A DNA stretch of 64,000 nt from Savitreella phatthalungensis (lineage: Eukaryota): assembly GCA_051599415.1 (NCBI GenBank), contig AP039689.1:496001-560000 (forward strand). Direction: 5' to 3'. A program made the position numbers and the translations under genes. The notes under the pieces were generated by a model. The model was not told where the DNA came from. It searched no databases and saw nothing but the letters and a program-made list of their open reading frames with translations. Shown one piece after another: positions 11,590-23,258 of this stretch; position 1 is the first letter of the stretch, and each line of letters opens with the position of its first letter.

Positions 11590-12621
11590 ATGGACTATCG
11601 ATGCACGGCGGCTCTAATACGCAGTTGCTTGACCGAAATCGCAGAAGCCGCTGGAGGGCTTGAAACCATCGAGACTATGACTCCTGTACTGAAATCGACG
11701 ACGCGAGCTCCATCAACTGCTCATCAGCGAGCCTGTCAGAGCCGAGGCCAGGCGCAGACGACATTCCAGTCGATATTGTTGACGCCAGCAACTGCTATGT
11801 CGACGGGTGAGGAAGCGAATTTGTCAACCATCAGTGCCGGTTGTGGCCAAGATCGTGGTGTGTTTGAAACAGGGTCCGCGCAGCGCAGTCCGAAGCATCA
11901 ACCGCGTATAAGGGCGACGAATGATTCCGATCTCATTGTCAACTCAATTGCGTGTCCGCAATCTCATCTGGAACAGCGCTGTGCGACAGGTGAATTGCCG
12001 AAGTCTGACGACTGTTTCTCGTTCGATGCAGAACCGCAATCTCAAAGTGTCTGGTCCAATCTCGATGACCAAAACATTCCCGTGGTGTTGTCCGGAATCA
12101 GCAGGGGTCAACCGTCTGACGGCCAAAGGGTCAGTGCCCTCGCCGGAGCGATCGCGATGCACAGGTTGGGTGGACCGCGAGGACTAATCGCTGCGGACTC
12201 GCGGCAGTCTGCATCCGGCGACGTGCTCGCCTGTCCTCGGCCAAAGCATGGGCTGGCGATGCGAATTCCACATCCAAGCAATTCTACACCCTCAGTGCAA
12301 ACAGTCTCCTCGGCACCGCCGAGGGAGAACGGCGTGGCAGACGAGCTAAAGCTGAACGGCACGCCGCCCTTTCACAGGAATGAGCGCTTACCTGGTATGG
12401 CGATCCAAGACGAGCCCAGTCTAATAGCAAAGCAGTTCGCTTGTGGTGTCGTCGGCTGTGGCAAACGATTCCGCCGCGCTGAACATTTAAAGCGCCACTT
12501 TCGCTGCTTGCACACCACGAACCGTCCGTACATGTGTTCAGATTGCGGCAAAACATTCAATCGAAAGGATAACCTCGCTCAGCACCAGCGAATCCATAGA
12601 AAAAGCCGGACGGCAATATGA
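11590..12621 (+). CDS. Two-finger C2H2 transcription factor (Msn2/Seb1-like)
   Basis: C-terminal CGVVGCGKRFRRAEHLKRHFRCLH and CSDCGKTFNRKDNLAQHQRIH; true start uncertain (an upstream exon is possible). Confidence 0.8.
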   Translation: MDYRCTAALIRSCLTEIAEAAGGLETIETMTPVLKSTTRAPSTAHQRACQSRGQAQTTFQSILLTPATAMSTGEEANLSTISAGCGQDRGVFETGSAQRSPKHQPRIRATNDSDLIVNSIACPQSHLEQRCATGELPKSDDCFSFDAEPQSQSVWSNLDDQNIPVVLSGISRGQPSDGQRVSALAGAIAMHRLGGPRGLIAADSRQSASGDVLACPRPKHGLAMRIPHPSNSTPSVQTVSSAPPRENGVADELKLNGTPPFHRNERLPGMAIQDEPSLIAKQFACGVVGCGKRFRRAEHLKRHFRCLHTTNRPYMCSDCGKTFNRKDNLAQHQRIHRKSRTAI

Positions 12622-12640
12622 GGTCAGTGTATGAGAGCTT

Positions 12641-13066
12641 TCAGCGAATACTGTCGAGGACCTTCCATGCACGCCGTCTTTGTGCTTTGCGGCGTGACAT
12701 TGCTCTGCTCGCCCGGATGAATTTGTCTTCAATGAGCTCCGTGCGTTCGTCAAAGGTTCTTTCGGCCTTTGTGCCCTTCCATCGCTGCGTGCCTTTCATC
12801 GGTGCTTTGGGAAGAGATGTCGTCGCCAACTCCTTAGGATAGCTTCCGGCAGGCAGATAATCATGCAAATTCCACTCATATGCACTTTTATAAAGCCCGT
12901 TCTGCCGACGAGCCGAGTAGCGGGGCTTGTGATACTTACCTGTGGTCGCATCGTGCGTGGGCAGGAATGGATTTGAGACCACAGCAGTCGAGGGCGGGTA
13001 GCGTCTGAAGAAATTCAGCAAGGAACGCGGTAGCGAAGCTACGAGGCTGCGCTTATCCATGTTCAT
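12641..13066 (-). CDS. MRPL25: Mitochondrial ribosomal large-subunit protein mL59
   Basis: LLNFFRRYPP..NPFLP...TGKYHKPRYSARRQ..L and KGTKAER motifs; basic 141-aa protein. Confidence 0.8.
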   Translation of the reverse strand: MNMDKRSLVASLPRSLLNFFRRYPPSTAVVSNPFLPTHDATTGKYHKPRYSARRQNGLYKSAYEWNLHDYLPAGSYPKELATTSLPKAPMKGTQRWKGTKAERTFDERTELIEDKFIRASRAMSRRKAQRRRAWKVLDSIR

Positions 13067-14232
13067 CAGGCAAGCCTTTGGCAGTCAGTAGCTAATGGGA
13101 AAACAATGTCTTCGAGCGTTGGGCGAGCTTTGATATCTGTGATGTGCTATCAGCACGGTCGCAGTGGTAGGGAAAAATATTGTCCATGTCTAATGCAGAG
13201 TGCAGGCACCCCCTTTCGCCTTCAGCTAGAGCTACCCGAACCATGACTACCAAACGCGAATGCGGTTGCCACGAATTGACATTTGTGACCAAAATTTAAT
13301 GCTTTCATCGGGAATTTTCTTTAAATACATCAGCTGCAGAGCAGGCTGTTATACCGCGAAAGTGTAGGTACTCTCCATCCGAATTGATCGCACCGTACAA
13401 CGGACTACATGACTTCAGGCAGTGTCGCATGGCAGCGTGGTCCGAGCCAGAGTTTCGCAAGAATGGACAACTACGCCAGAGCTGCACCGACAAGGAGAGA
13501 ACTGTAAGTTCGACTCAGCTGCTGAATGATTGTACTGTAAAACTAGAGATTTATTCAAAGAAAGTCATTGGTTCTGCATATCTTCGGCCATGTATTTTGA
13601 TTCTATTGATTCTTGGTGCGTCCCTCGAGAGAGCGCTGGAGGAGCATAAAAGCTCGGCAGCTTCGAGTCATCCCGGCTCATGTAGCTGGATAATCGTGAT
13701 CATCGGAGCGCCAGATGCTACGCATCGAGACAGCAAGGCATCCGTACACACACTGCGTTAGTGCGTTTTTGCTGTATTTTCCAGCAGTCACGCCTCAGGA
13801 GAGTCGATGAATTATAGCGAAAGATGGCCACGTGCACTCGAAACTCCATTCAAATTTAAGCTCGTAGCATGCATTCGATATTAAAGCAGTCATTCAAGGT
13901 AGCCTTTTTCTAAAGTTCGTTTGATGAACAGGGCTGTCCCTAGTTGCAAATTGGGGTAGGCAGCAGAGATGTCTAGACGTGCATGCAGATGAAATGCAAC
14001 CGAACAATATAGCGAGAGCGTGGCCACTCATGATCAAACGAGCGACGACATCATGGAGTTATTGTGATCTCATAGTCCGCCAGTAAACTTCAGGAGCGGC
14101 CGAGTCAATCCTCTCAAGAGCTTGCATAGGGCTCTTTTCGAGCGAGGTCTCAAGTCCTTCTGGCAGCCGTGCTGCCTGACTTAATTTGGCTCACATGCTC
14201 TCGGCCTTTACAGCGTGCAATCATCGTCAAAG

Positions 14233-16473
14233 ATGTCGACTGTACAGGCGCGAGCTACTGCTGAGCATACTCAATTACGCCAGCTGCTGGATACAGTGCC
14301 GGGGAACAACGAGTGCGCTGACTGCGGATCTCCATCTCCTGCGTGGGCGTCATATAATATAGGAGTTTTTCTCTGCACTCGCTGCGCATCCATACACAGA
14401 CGACTTGGGACGCACATCTCCAGGGTAAAGTCGATCTCTCTTGATAGTTGGACCAGCAATCAAGTCAATCACATGCGACAGAATGGTAATACGGTGTCGA
14501 ACTACAATCTCAATCCTCTGCGGGAATGGCCATTGCGCGAGGATGATGCAGGAATGGAGCAGTTCATTCGAGATAAATACGAGACGAAACGATTCACTAC
14601 TCAGAGAGAAACAGGAAGCTTCAGACCGATCAAGTCTGCCATGAAGGGCTCTTCTGCAGTGGTCGAGTCGACTGAATTCTCCTCCCTTGCAGCTCGATTC
14701 GCCAGAGAGATGTCCCAACTACGCGATATGGGCTTCACAAACAGATCGCTTGTGATAAAGACATTGAGCCGAACGGGCGGTGATGTCGCGGCGGCGACGG
14801 AGCAGCTCTTGGACCAGACAGCAGCAGGATCTGACGCACGTGCATCCGACACAGGTTCTGGGAGGAGCAAATGTCTGCGTGTACGATTTACGGCTGACAC
14901 GCTTGGTGGCGAACAGACGCCTATTCTCCAACACGCCAATCCTTTCGATGCTTTCGCCCTCAGAATGCCTCAAGTGAATCCGTTCTCATCTATACCGCCA
15001 TCGATGTATAACGCTCAGAGCTCAGGGTCTGCAATAGTCCCTGTCGCTATGCCTCTGAAAGCACAAGTCACCGGAGGTCAGCCTCTACGACCTTTGACGC
15101 CTCATCAGTCCCACGAGTCGCAAGCCTTGCATTTCGGCGTATCTAAAGGCGCACAGCATTCTCGGCTTCACGACGCTCGATTGCCCGGACTTTCATATCA
15201 GCAACATCAAGGACAGCAATCGTACTCTGAACCACAGAATGTGCCGCAGCCTATGCAGTCTCGATCTGAACAGATTTCAAACCCTCAGAGTGGAAAAAAT
15301 CCCAGGGACGTTGAACAGCTGGCCTCAGTCGCGGATTGGCGCAATAATGCCATGAACACCTCGTATTCGCAACCAGGCCGCGCTTTGCCCGACACAAATG
15401 AAGATCAACGCACAGCTATACTGCCCGCAAGTCTCGAACTGTCGCAGTATTCGCATCAGTCCAACGCATTCGCGTTTAATTCAATGCAAGAGCAATTATC
15501 GAGAATGGAGCAGACCCTGCGACCTCAGACGACCGGCATGAACTCTACACGCAATTCAAAGAATGCGGGCTCAGTATATCCAGTAAGACCAGCCGCGTCC
15601 GAGTTTGTCGCTCATAGCGGACGCGTGGGACCAACGGATCGGGCGACGGCACCGGTATTCGCTTCATCAGCGTCGATAGCCAGCGGCGCGACCAATACAA
15701 GCTATTCACAGCTCTATTCACCTTCCAATACATCGTCTGACCTTTATGGACGCCAATCACAGCACGACGAAAAGCACGAGAGCTTCTCAAATTACTCGAG
15801 GTCATCGGCACAAAACTATACAAGGTCGCAATCGTCGCCGTTTCCGAGCCTCGCGCTTTATCAGACGGACGCAACACAGCCTCAACCCAGTGTCGATACA
15901 CAAGGATTTGCACAAGTTGACCAGTATTCGGGTTTTCGCCCGCATGATACCATGTCTCGACCGCTTTCTCATGCCTGGCATGTTCCTCCTAACTATCCCG
16001 CGCAGAACATGATGTACGTACAACCTCAGGGTCCGACAAGCTTGGCTCAACAGCAACAGCTGACACAGCCGGTCAACGGTGCAGTACAACCTCACAGGAC
16101 TGGAGCTGCTCTGTCGAGTCAGAATCCAACACTCCAACAACAGCCACAACAGCAGCAGCAGCAGCAGCACTTTGATCCTCTCCGGCCCTTCAAGCCGCTC
16201 GATAAAGCTGGAATCATGTCATTCTACGACGAGCCACGAGCTAGACAGCAGCATTCGATGCTCTCACCATTGCCTCAAGCGACGCCGCTATCATCATTTC
16301 CATCAGCCCAGCATCAGATAGGCTCTCTGCCGTTCCGGCCGCCTTCGACTGGTGTTCTGCGCTACGACACTCCTCCTTCTTCTGTTCCAACGAACACGAC
16401 GACACCACGGACGCGCCCCAATTTCTATGGAGATCATGATGTTCGGACAGACATGTACAATCGTCACTTGTAG
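14233..16473 (+). CDS. ArfGAP zinc-finger + UBA domain protein (Gts1/Ucp3-like) with Q/S/P-rich tail
   Basis: GNNECADC..PAWASYNIGVFLCTRCASIHRRLGTHISRVKS; UBA LRDMGF; NPF motifs; first ATG at 14233. Confidence 0.85.
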   Translation: MSTVQARATAEHTQLRQLLDTVPGNNECADCGSPSPAWASYNIGVFLCTRCASIHRRLGTHISRVKSISLDSWTSNQVNHMRQNGNTVSNYNLNPLREWPLREDDAGMEQFIRDKYETKRFTTQRETGSFRPIKSAMKGSSAVVESTEFSSLAARFAREMSQLRDMGFTNRSLVIKTLSRTGGDVAAATEQLLDQTAAGSDARASDTGSGRSKCLRVRFTADTLGGEQTPILQHANPFDAFALRMPQVNPFSSIPPSMYNAQSSGSAIVPVAMPLKAQVTGGQPLRPLTPHQSHESQALHFGVSKGAQHSRLHDARLPGLSYQQHQGQQSYSEPQNVPQPMQSRSEQISNPQSGKNPRDVEQLASVADWRNNAMNTSYSQPGRALPDTNEDQRTAILPASLELSQYSHQSNAFAFNSMQEQLSRMEQTLRPQTTGMNSTRNSKNAGSVYPVRPAASEFVAHSGRVGPTDRATAPVFASSASIASGATNTSYSQLYSPSNTSSDLYGRQSQHDEKHESFSNYSRSSAQNYTRSQSSPFPSLALYQTDATQPQPSVDTQGFAQVDQYSGFRPHDTMSRPLSHAWHVPPNYPAQNMMYVQPQGPTSLAQQQQLTQPVNGAVQPHRTGAALSSQNPTLQQQPQQQQQQQHFDPLRPFKPLDKAGIMSFYDEPRARQQHSMLSPLPQATPLSSFPSAQHQIGSLPFRPPSTGVLRYDTPPSSVPTNTTTPRTRPNFYGDHDVRTDMYNRHL
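16134..16169 (+). repeat. CAA/CAG trinucleotide run encoding polyglutamine
   Basis: caacaacagccacaacagcagcagcagcagcag inside the ArfGAP CDS. Confidence 0.7.
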
Positions 16474-16685
16474 AGGCATCAAGCGAGAATTCTTCAATTG
16501 CATGTAGGGGTCATCCCGCTCCGAACCGATGACCTGTCTTGAGGTTCAGGTGATTCGTTCACATACAAAGTGGCCCGGCGAACCGATTCGCATCTGTTCA
16601 ATCATATCTTTCCCGCTATCCACCGCTATCCACCTCAGGCAGCACTGTGCCCATCGAATTGAAGTTGCTGGTATCCTGGCCACAG

Positions 16686-18968
16686 TTAGATCGCTATGGC
16701 GCCTGATGACGCCGGGCAGAGCTTCGTCACACTGTCAGAAATTCCCGGTGTAGTCTCGCTATGGGTTGATTCCTTTGCAGTGGCGCCTAGAGCAGCCCGA
16801 GCTTGCGATGGATTGGCGACTATTGTGCTCCCATGGCTGACAGCATTTGTTTCCAGCTTGAGCTTGAGCTTCTCTAGCCGCTGACGGACCATATTTGTCC
16901 ACTTGATGATAATCTCGTCGTCCTCCGGCTGTGCGTCCTGCTCTATCGACCCGCGCCTTGTCGGGGTCGACATCGCCGCTGCTTCTAGCATTAAAATGCT
17001 GATCTCGTAATCGTCCTCGCACTGTATGAGGTCGTCTCCAGTCATTTCATTGACAGCTGCGGCGCGACAGAGATCCAGTGCCCTGTCAAAAAGCAGTCGT
17101 TCCACAGTGATTTCTTTGCATAATAGAGATGCTCGTGCAACAAGAGCATCGCGCCGTTGCTGTAATGTCTCTGCTTTGTCCAGAATCTCGTTGTACTTTT
17201 CGCGAGTCCATTGAACGAGCGCATTGACTTCGAAGCCAACAGGCATAGGGTTTTCCTGCGAAACGTAATCCTGAACAACATCGACTACGCTGTGCAGGAC
17301 TTGCAAGCTCTTCAGATACAGGACAACGGCCTCGTGACACACATCAATCACAGCGTCTGTTGTCAGTTCGGTTTGTTGAAGTGGCTTTTCGATGGCATCG
17401 TCTAGCATAGGTCCCGAAAGCTGTGCAAGCTTGATCTCAGCGAAGTCGTAAACAGCACTAGCACGCATTGCAAGCCTGCCGATGTGCTCAATCAGGGCTT
17501 TCTCTTGGCGTGTTGCGTCTCTAGCCAAAGGCTGTCTCAGTATGCTGGCTACATCGCCACAGTCTAGAGACCGTCCATATGATGCTCGTGAGCGTTCAAC
17601 GCTGTCAGCCCATGCAGGAGGCGAGCAACTGCCGAAAAGTCGTTGCCCCGCAGCTGAGATGGCTCGTGCGAGAGCGCTAGTCCGAGATGATTCCGGTCGA
17701 CGCTCTACTGAAGCAGCTGCGTGCGGCATGACAGCCTGGTGGAGTGCATGTGAAGGGGTCCTGATAGGTTGATAGCGGCTAGCTGGTGGTCGAGCCATAT
17801 TGTCTGCGAGCGTGTTGAGTTCCACAGCTTTTTTTTCGACCACTACGTACTCTGCATCCTGCCCTGGACAGCGTACTTGTCCCGACAGCTGCGTCATGCT
17901 GTCGATACAGAGTTGCGGGTTTGGCACAGTGCCTCGAGGTTTCGAAGGGCTCTTTGCTGCATGTGGTGGCGGTATTAGGCTTTCGCCTGTATCAGTTGTG
18001 CTGTCGATGAGCTCGATGGGCTTTGTAATGACGCGGTCTGCAAAGAATTGTTCGAATGAAATGCGTTCCCGCGGCTGTCTTTTCAACAGGCGTCGGCAAA
18101 GGTCTTTGATCTCGCTGTCGAGTAGCGGTTCTTCTGGGAAACGTATCACATCTTCTGCACGATCGATCTTGCGAAGCAGCTCAACATGATTAGCCGCACG
18201 GAACGGCGGTCTGCCGACCAGCATCTCGTACAAAACAGTCCCAGTTGACCAGAGATCTGCAGTTGCATCATACTTCTCGTAGCGCAAAATCTCTGGAGCC
18301 ATATATAGTGGGCTGCCGCATAGAGTCTCGGCCAAGGATGCTGCGTGCAAGTACCGCGCAAAGCCGAAGTCCGCGAGCTTTAGCACCGGGAGCGTAGAAG
18401 CACCTGTTCGCTCTTGGTGTGATGAATCGCATGCTGGATGGAGAAGAAGATTCTGAGGTTTGACATCACGATGCATGAGATTGTGACACCTCAAAAATTG
18501 CAGGGCAGACGCCAATTGCTGGAGGAAATGCCGTACTAGAATCTCGTGAAGACCTGCGCCGCGAACGCTTGGAAAGCGAGTTAGAAGATTTCTGATATGG
18601 ACATTGTCATGCGTATCCTTATCCCTGCGCTTTATCAAGACCGATAGGTCGCACATGGAGAGATACTCCATGATAAGGTGGATGTGAGACTCGGATTCTG
18701 TCTTGTCCAGTAGACTCACAATGTGCGGGTGCCTGATGGCTTTGAGTATGCTGATCTCGCTTTCCAGATTTTCGAGCAATTTCTTCGTGAGCTTCGAGCG
18801 CAGCACTGCTTTGATAGCGACAGATTGATCAGTCTTCGTGCCGGTCAGCGACGTCCTCGAGTAAATGCCCTGACCGTTGGCGCGCTGGCCAATATAAACG
18901 GTGGCAAAGCTACCCTTTCCAATCTCTCGACCCACCTCGTAACCAGGCACATGAATACATTCTGACAT
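16686..18968 (-). CDS. ATG1: Autophagy Ser/Thr kinase Atg1
   Basis: [72 protein letters not shown] and C-terminal tandem-MIT-like region. Confidence 0.95.
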   Translation of the reverse strand: MSECIHVPGYEVGREIGKGSFATVYIGQRANGQGIYSRTSLTGTKTDQSVAIKAVLRSKLTKKLLENLESEISILKAIRHPHIVSLLDKTESESHIHLIMEYLSMCDLSVLIKRRDKDTHDNVHIRNLLTRFPSVRGAGLHEILVRHFLQQLASALQFLRCHNLMHRDVKPQNLLLHPACDSSHQERTGASTLPVLKLADFGFARYLHAASLAETLCGSPLYMAPEILRYEKYDATADLWSTGTVLYEMLVGRPPFRAANHVELLRKIDRAEDVIRFPEEPLLDSEIKDLCRRLLKRQPRERISFEQFFADRVITKPIELIDSTTDTGESLIPPPHAAKSPSKPRGTVPNPQLCIDSMTQLSGQVRCPGQDAEYVVVEKKAVELNTLADNMARPPASRYQPIRTPSHALHQAVMPHAAASVERRPESSRTSALARAISAAGQRLFGSCSPPAWADSVERSRASYGRSLDCGDVASILRQPLARDATRQEKALIEHIGRLAMRASAVYDFAEIKLAQLSGPMLDDAIEKPLQQTELTTDAVIDVCHEAVVLYLKSLQVLHSVVDVVQDYVSQENPMPVGFEVNALVQWTREKYNEILDKAETLQQRRDALVARASLLCKEITVERLLFDRALDLCRAAAVNEMTGDDLIQCEDDYEISILMLEAAAMSTPTRRGSIEQDAQPEDDEIIIKWTNMVRQRLEKLKLKLETNAVSHGSTIVANPSQARAALGATAKESTHSETTPGISDSVTKLCPASSGAIAI

Positions 18969-19925
18969 TGCGAAGCCCGAGGAAGTAGACTCCTCAGTCT
19001 TGCGCCGCTGAATGACAGCTCCAATGGTGCGATTGAGCGCTCAAGCTGATTCAGGAGTCTTTTGCGCGGTGAATATTGTAGTCTGCAGACTGAGCGCGCC
19101 AAATTGGCACCTTCAGTCCGGTCGATCGCCTTAGCAATGCCAACCGTCTGTCGACAGGGAACTGTGCGCCTATACTCAAGTCGAGCTTCTTTGCTATTGC
19201 CCGGGATTCGCGTACGGTATGTGTGACTTTGCCTTCAGAGATGGTGCCATTGGATTTCAGCCTGAGGTCATTTCATTACGTCCCTCCCCTCCGCGCTCCG
19301 CGGAGGGGAGGGTGGTCCAGTGCTTGCAGCTGGCACCACTGGGATATACGTCACGATATTGATCAATGGAGATCAATTACGGGTCTTATCTACGGTCGAG
19401 CCGCAAATTTAACGCATTTCCAGAATCATGTCTGCGGCGCGTTTTGTATACGGAGAGATCTAAAACGAGTCCGAGAACAATCATTATAACGGCTCGTGGA
19501 TCAGTCCACGAGCTCAATGGTAATCGATCATATATACTAAGGCGACGCTGGAGACAGCTGAGCCTGTGCTTTGGGGAAGAGATTATCGGAGTGCAATTTT
19601 CTCCCAGCCCTACGTTTGAAGACCTCTGACGCTCAAATAACATCGCGCACTACCGTTCACAAGATGTGAGGGAGAGAACCGGTATTCTACTGCGTAGGTG
19701 TGAAAGATATATGATAATTGCGCCACTCGAGAACGAAAAGAAATTGTTGTTAAGCCTTTGTTGATGAACGAATTGCGATATGGTAACGATCAATCTTTTC
19801 GTTTCATGCCTGGAGGAGATCGCCAAATCCCGAGGGCAAACCCCATAGAGAGCAAGCATGATCTAGACCTAGTTCGCGTGACAGGATCAAGAAGAGGTTT
19901 CTACTGTATTTTCTGGAGGCAGAGG

Positions 19926-21536
19926 ATGGGCGTTCCAGGTTTGTGGGAAGTGCTCAAGCCAGCGTCGAGGGTATTACCCCTCGCTGAGATCGTCACAGCT
20001 CATCCCCGAGGTCATATCAGACTCGCAGTTGATGTCAGTATCTGGTCGTTTCAATGCTCAGCTGCGAGAGGAGGCGAGAATCCTGGCCTGAGAACTTTTT
20101 ACTTCCGTCTGTGCCGTTTGCTTGCTCTAGGAGTTCGTGCGGTTTTTGTCTTCGATGGGGAAAACAGACCAGTCTACAAACGAGGCATCCGGAAGCGCGC
20201 TCCTAGCCGCATGACGCGCTTCCGGGAACTTGCGGTGCTTTTTGGCTTCCAGACCTGGCAAGCACCCGGTGAGGCCGAAGCAGAGTGTGCGAAATTACAG
20301 CGACTCGGATATGTAGATGCTGTGCTTTCGGACGATGTGGATTGCTTGATGTTTGGAGCTACCAAAGTCTACCGACACTGGGGCCAAGTGGTCGGCGAGG
20401 ATGGCAAGAGTGACGTAAGCTGCGCTCGGGAGTATTGCGCTGAGCGCATACGGAGTCTGTGCTCATTAGACGCACCTGGGATGCAACTCATCGCGCTGAT
20501 GTCTGGTGGAGACTACGCGCAAACCGGTGTGCCAGCCTGCGGCATCAAGACGGCTGTCGAAGCTGCTATTGCCGGCTTCGGCAGCGATCTAGGTGGCACT
20601 TGCATCTCCACAGAGGCTCGTAAGGATTGGCGCCACCGCCTGCAAGCGGAATTGTCATGCAACGTCGCCGGATATTTCTCCCGAAAGCGAAAACACCTGC
20701 TACTGCCTGAATCGTTTCCTGAATCAGATCTCGTGCAATTCTACTCACAGCCAGTGACGTCCGCACAAGAAAGGTTACAAGCAGTATTCGAGCAGACAGA
20801 ATGGTGGCCAGAATTGAGCCTTCAAGCTCTGGAGACCTTTTGTGCCGTACATCTTGATTGGACGGGTGAGGAAGGGCAAGATCGACTGCGTAAGACTCTT
20901 TGTCTGCCATACCTGCTTTATGTCAGTCGGCGAGCACAGGCCCTTGGTGCTTCGAACAGCTTCAGTCATGCTGTATATGTGCGAGGCAGCAAGAACGAAG
21001 GTGGTCGCAAGCTCGTGAGGATCGAGATTCATCCTCATGACGTGGTTGACTTAAGCGCCTCGGGCAGTCTGCAGAGCCCGGCGCGCCACAAATCGCAACG
21101 CTTTTGGGTTGATACTGACATCATAGCTGCCTTGTTCCCAAGCGCTGTGGCCGTGCTCCCCAAGGGCAGCTCATGTAGAAATGAGCGAGAAGACGCGAAA
21201 TGTCCTGAAGTTCGCACCATACAGCAATTCTCTTCAGAAGGTCGTGCCAAGCATCAGGACAACATCAAAGCCACGAGCCGAGGGCGATCTCTGGCTAACG
21301 CGACACAACATCGTTATAGGGCTATCTCTATTAGCTCCACGTCTGGTAGCGATGTAAGTTGCGCGGAACAGGCGGCCCAGTACCGAGAGAACGATGAGGT
21401 CCTGAACGTCTCAGTCTCACGACTGAATCTCACGGAAGACAAAAGAACGAGGAAAAAGCGTTGGGAACGATTGAATTCTCCAGAACTCATTGACCTGACA
21501 GAGATGGGCGGGCGGTGCTCGCCAGTAAGCTGGTGA
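19926..21536 (+). CDS. GEN1: XPG/Rad2-family nuclease, GEN1/Yen1-type Holliday junction resolvase
   Basis: Starts MGVPGLWEVL at ATG 19926; RLAVDVSIW, RTFYFRLCRLL, VFVFDG, APGEAEAECA, SDDVDCLMFGA, GGDY..GVPACG; short N-I spacer. Confidence 0.8.
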   Translation: MGVPGLWEVLKPASRVLPLAEIVTAHPRGHIRLAVDVSIWSFQCSAARGGENPGLRTFYFRLCRLLALGVRAVFVFDGENRPVYKRGIRKRAPSRMTRFRELAVLFGFQTWQAPGEAEAECAKLQRLGYVDAVLSDDVDCLMFGATKVYRHWGQVVGEDGKSDVSCAREYCAERIRSLCSLDAPGMQLIALMSGGDYAQTGVPACGIKTAVEAAIAGFGSDLGGTCISTEARKDWRHRLQAELSCNVAGYFSRKRKHLLLPESFPESDLVQFYSQPVTSAQERLQAVFEQTEWWPELSLQALETFCAVHLDWTGEEGQDRLRKTLCLPYLLYVSRRAQALGASNSFSHAVYVRGSKNEGGRKLVRIEIHPHDVVDLSASGSLQSPARHKSQRFWVDTDIIAALFPSAVAVLPKGSSCRNEREDAKCPEVRTIQQFSSEGRAKHQDNIKATSRGRSLANATQHRYRAISISSTSGSDVSCAEQAAQYRENDEVLNVSVSRLNLTEDKRTRKKRWERLNSPELIDLTEMGGRCSPVSW

Positions 21537-22722
21537 ACTGTACCAGGAGAGACGGATTCTCGAGCTCGACCTCTTCGAAGGCGCGTCGAAGGATGTTGAT
21601 GCAGGAAGACTCACGACTGCCAGGTTCAAATCCAGCCTGCATTGTACGCAACGCGTCGAATGGAGCTCTACTGACCTCGCCTTCGGTCTCCGCAGTCGTG
21701 CCTCGATGGCCCAGACTGAAATCGCGAGCGGCCGCCTCGCCACCTTTGACAGTCACGGCTCCAAATCGCCAGGCTGGTGACGCGGTTCTGACTTGTGCGC
21801 GGCCTTGACTTGGTTCGCAGGTCGAGGTCGCCGGCACGTTCTTGACTAAGCTGCGAGGGAGTAATTCGCGCAGGTATGCTGTACTTCGGGCGTTACGAAT
21901 GAATTTGTGGTCGAGCAGATTCTTCGCTGTGGGTCTCTAAAATGTGAGCTTGATTGCGTGTGCAAAAGGATGACTTACATGGCGCGCTTCTCGCGTCAGG
22001 CACAGTGAGACGAAATGATGGAAGTCCTTGCTGAATTTCCCTTGAGGCAGACTTGGACTTTCGTTTCGCGGAATCAAAAACAACGCTTGCATGGGATGCT
22101 GTTCCGCGAGCGGAGGATTGCCAGTGGCAAGCTCTATAGCTGTAATGCCGAGCGACCATACGTCGGCTTTTGCGTCATAGCCAGACTGTCGAATCACCTC
22201 AGGCGCCATCCACAAAGGTGTACCGACGAATGTATTTCGCTGATCGAAGGTGGATGACAACTGTCCAGAAACGCCAAAATCAGCCAACTTGACATCGCCG
22301 GATGCCGTCAACAACACATTAGCGGCCTTGACATCTCGATGCAGCTTGCCTTGAGCATGTATGCAGGACAAACCTCGCAGAACTTCGCCGATGATGATGG
22401 CGATGTAGTCTTCGCCAAATGTCCCTTCCCCCAATAAATCTCTGCAAGATCCACCGCCGCAGTACTCCATTACGATCCAGAGTTTGGTGTCTTTCAGATA
22501 TGCTCCGTGGTAGCGTGTGATGTTACGATTATCGAGTTGCGATAGCATGCTGATTTCTAACATGATGTCGTCCACGTCATCTTCGGCAACCTCAAGATCA
22601 ATGATCTTGATTGCAACAGCATCTTGTGTGCCGCGTATGATGCCACGGTAAACTTCGCCGAAGGATCCGCGTCCGATCCGTTCGCAACGCTCATATAAGA
22701 CCTCCGGATCAGCTCTGCTCAT
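21487..22722 (-). CDS. Ste20/GCK-family kinase (Sid1/MST3-like), 2 exons
   Basis: IGRGSFGEVY, HRDVKAAN, DFGVSGQL, TFVGTPLWMAPEVI; intron 21978-21937 (GTAAGT..TAG) restores RPTAKNLLDHKFI; first ATG at 22722. Confidence 0.85.
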
Positions 22723-23258
22723 GGCTTGAAGCGATTTCGCTGTAGACAAGTCGGTCCAGGAGTCATATGCCCAGCACTCAAGTCCAGCGATGTTTCACAC
22801 AGACGAAGTCTTTGCTGTCAGATTCGACGAACACAGTACAGCTTTATTAGACGAAGGAGGGCCACTTTCTGCGGGGCTCGAGTGCAATATTGGAGACGTG
22901 TCCCGCAAATGCCATGTTCACCCAGATGAAGCCGTTGATGATCACGCATAATTGGACGCCACGCCGCGCGGGCACGGTCTCGATGGACGTTCGCATCGGA
23001 ATTCAGTGTACATGTAAATTATTGATAATAGAAGTTACCGACGCCACTATTTCGCAGCTTGCTGCATCGATGGCAAGACAATTTACAAATTGCACGCCGA
23101 TACTCCATGGTGCTGACGGTCTAAGCGCGAACGGCTGACTCAGTTCATCTAACGCGATCTTGCTACCTGCGCCGCTATTGTTGAGGTTGCAAGGACCTAT
23201 TGATATTACCTTGCTGGAGAATGCATCAAGCTTCAGCGAGTCCTCGCCTTAGCCGTTT

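Noticed and set aside
18834..18874. Possible intron near the ATG1 5' end (GTCAGG..CTGAC..AAG)
   Set aside because: 41 nt; removal shifts the frame into a stop while the unspliced frame is open
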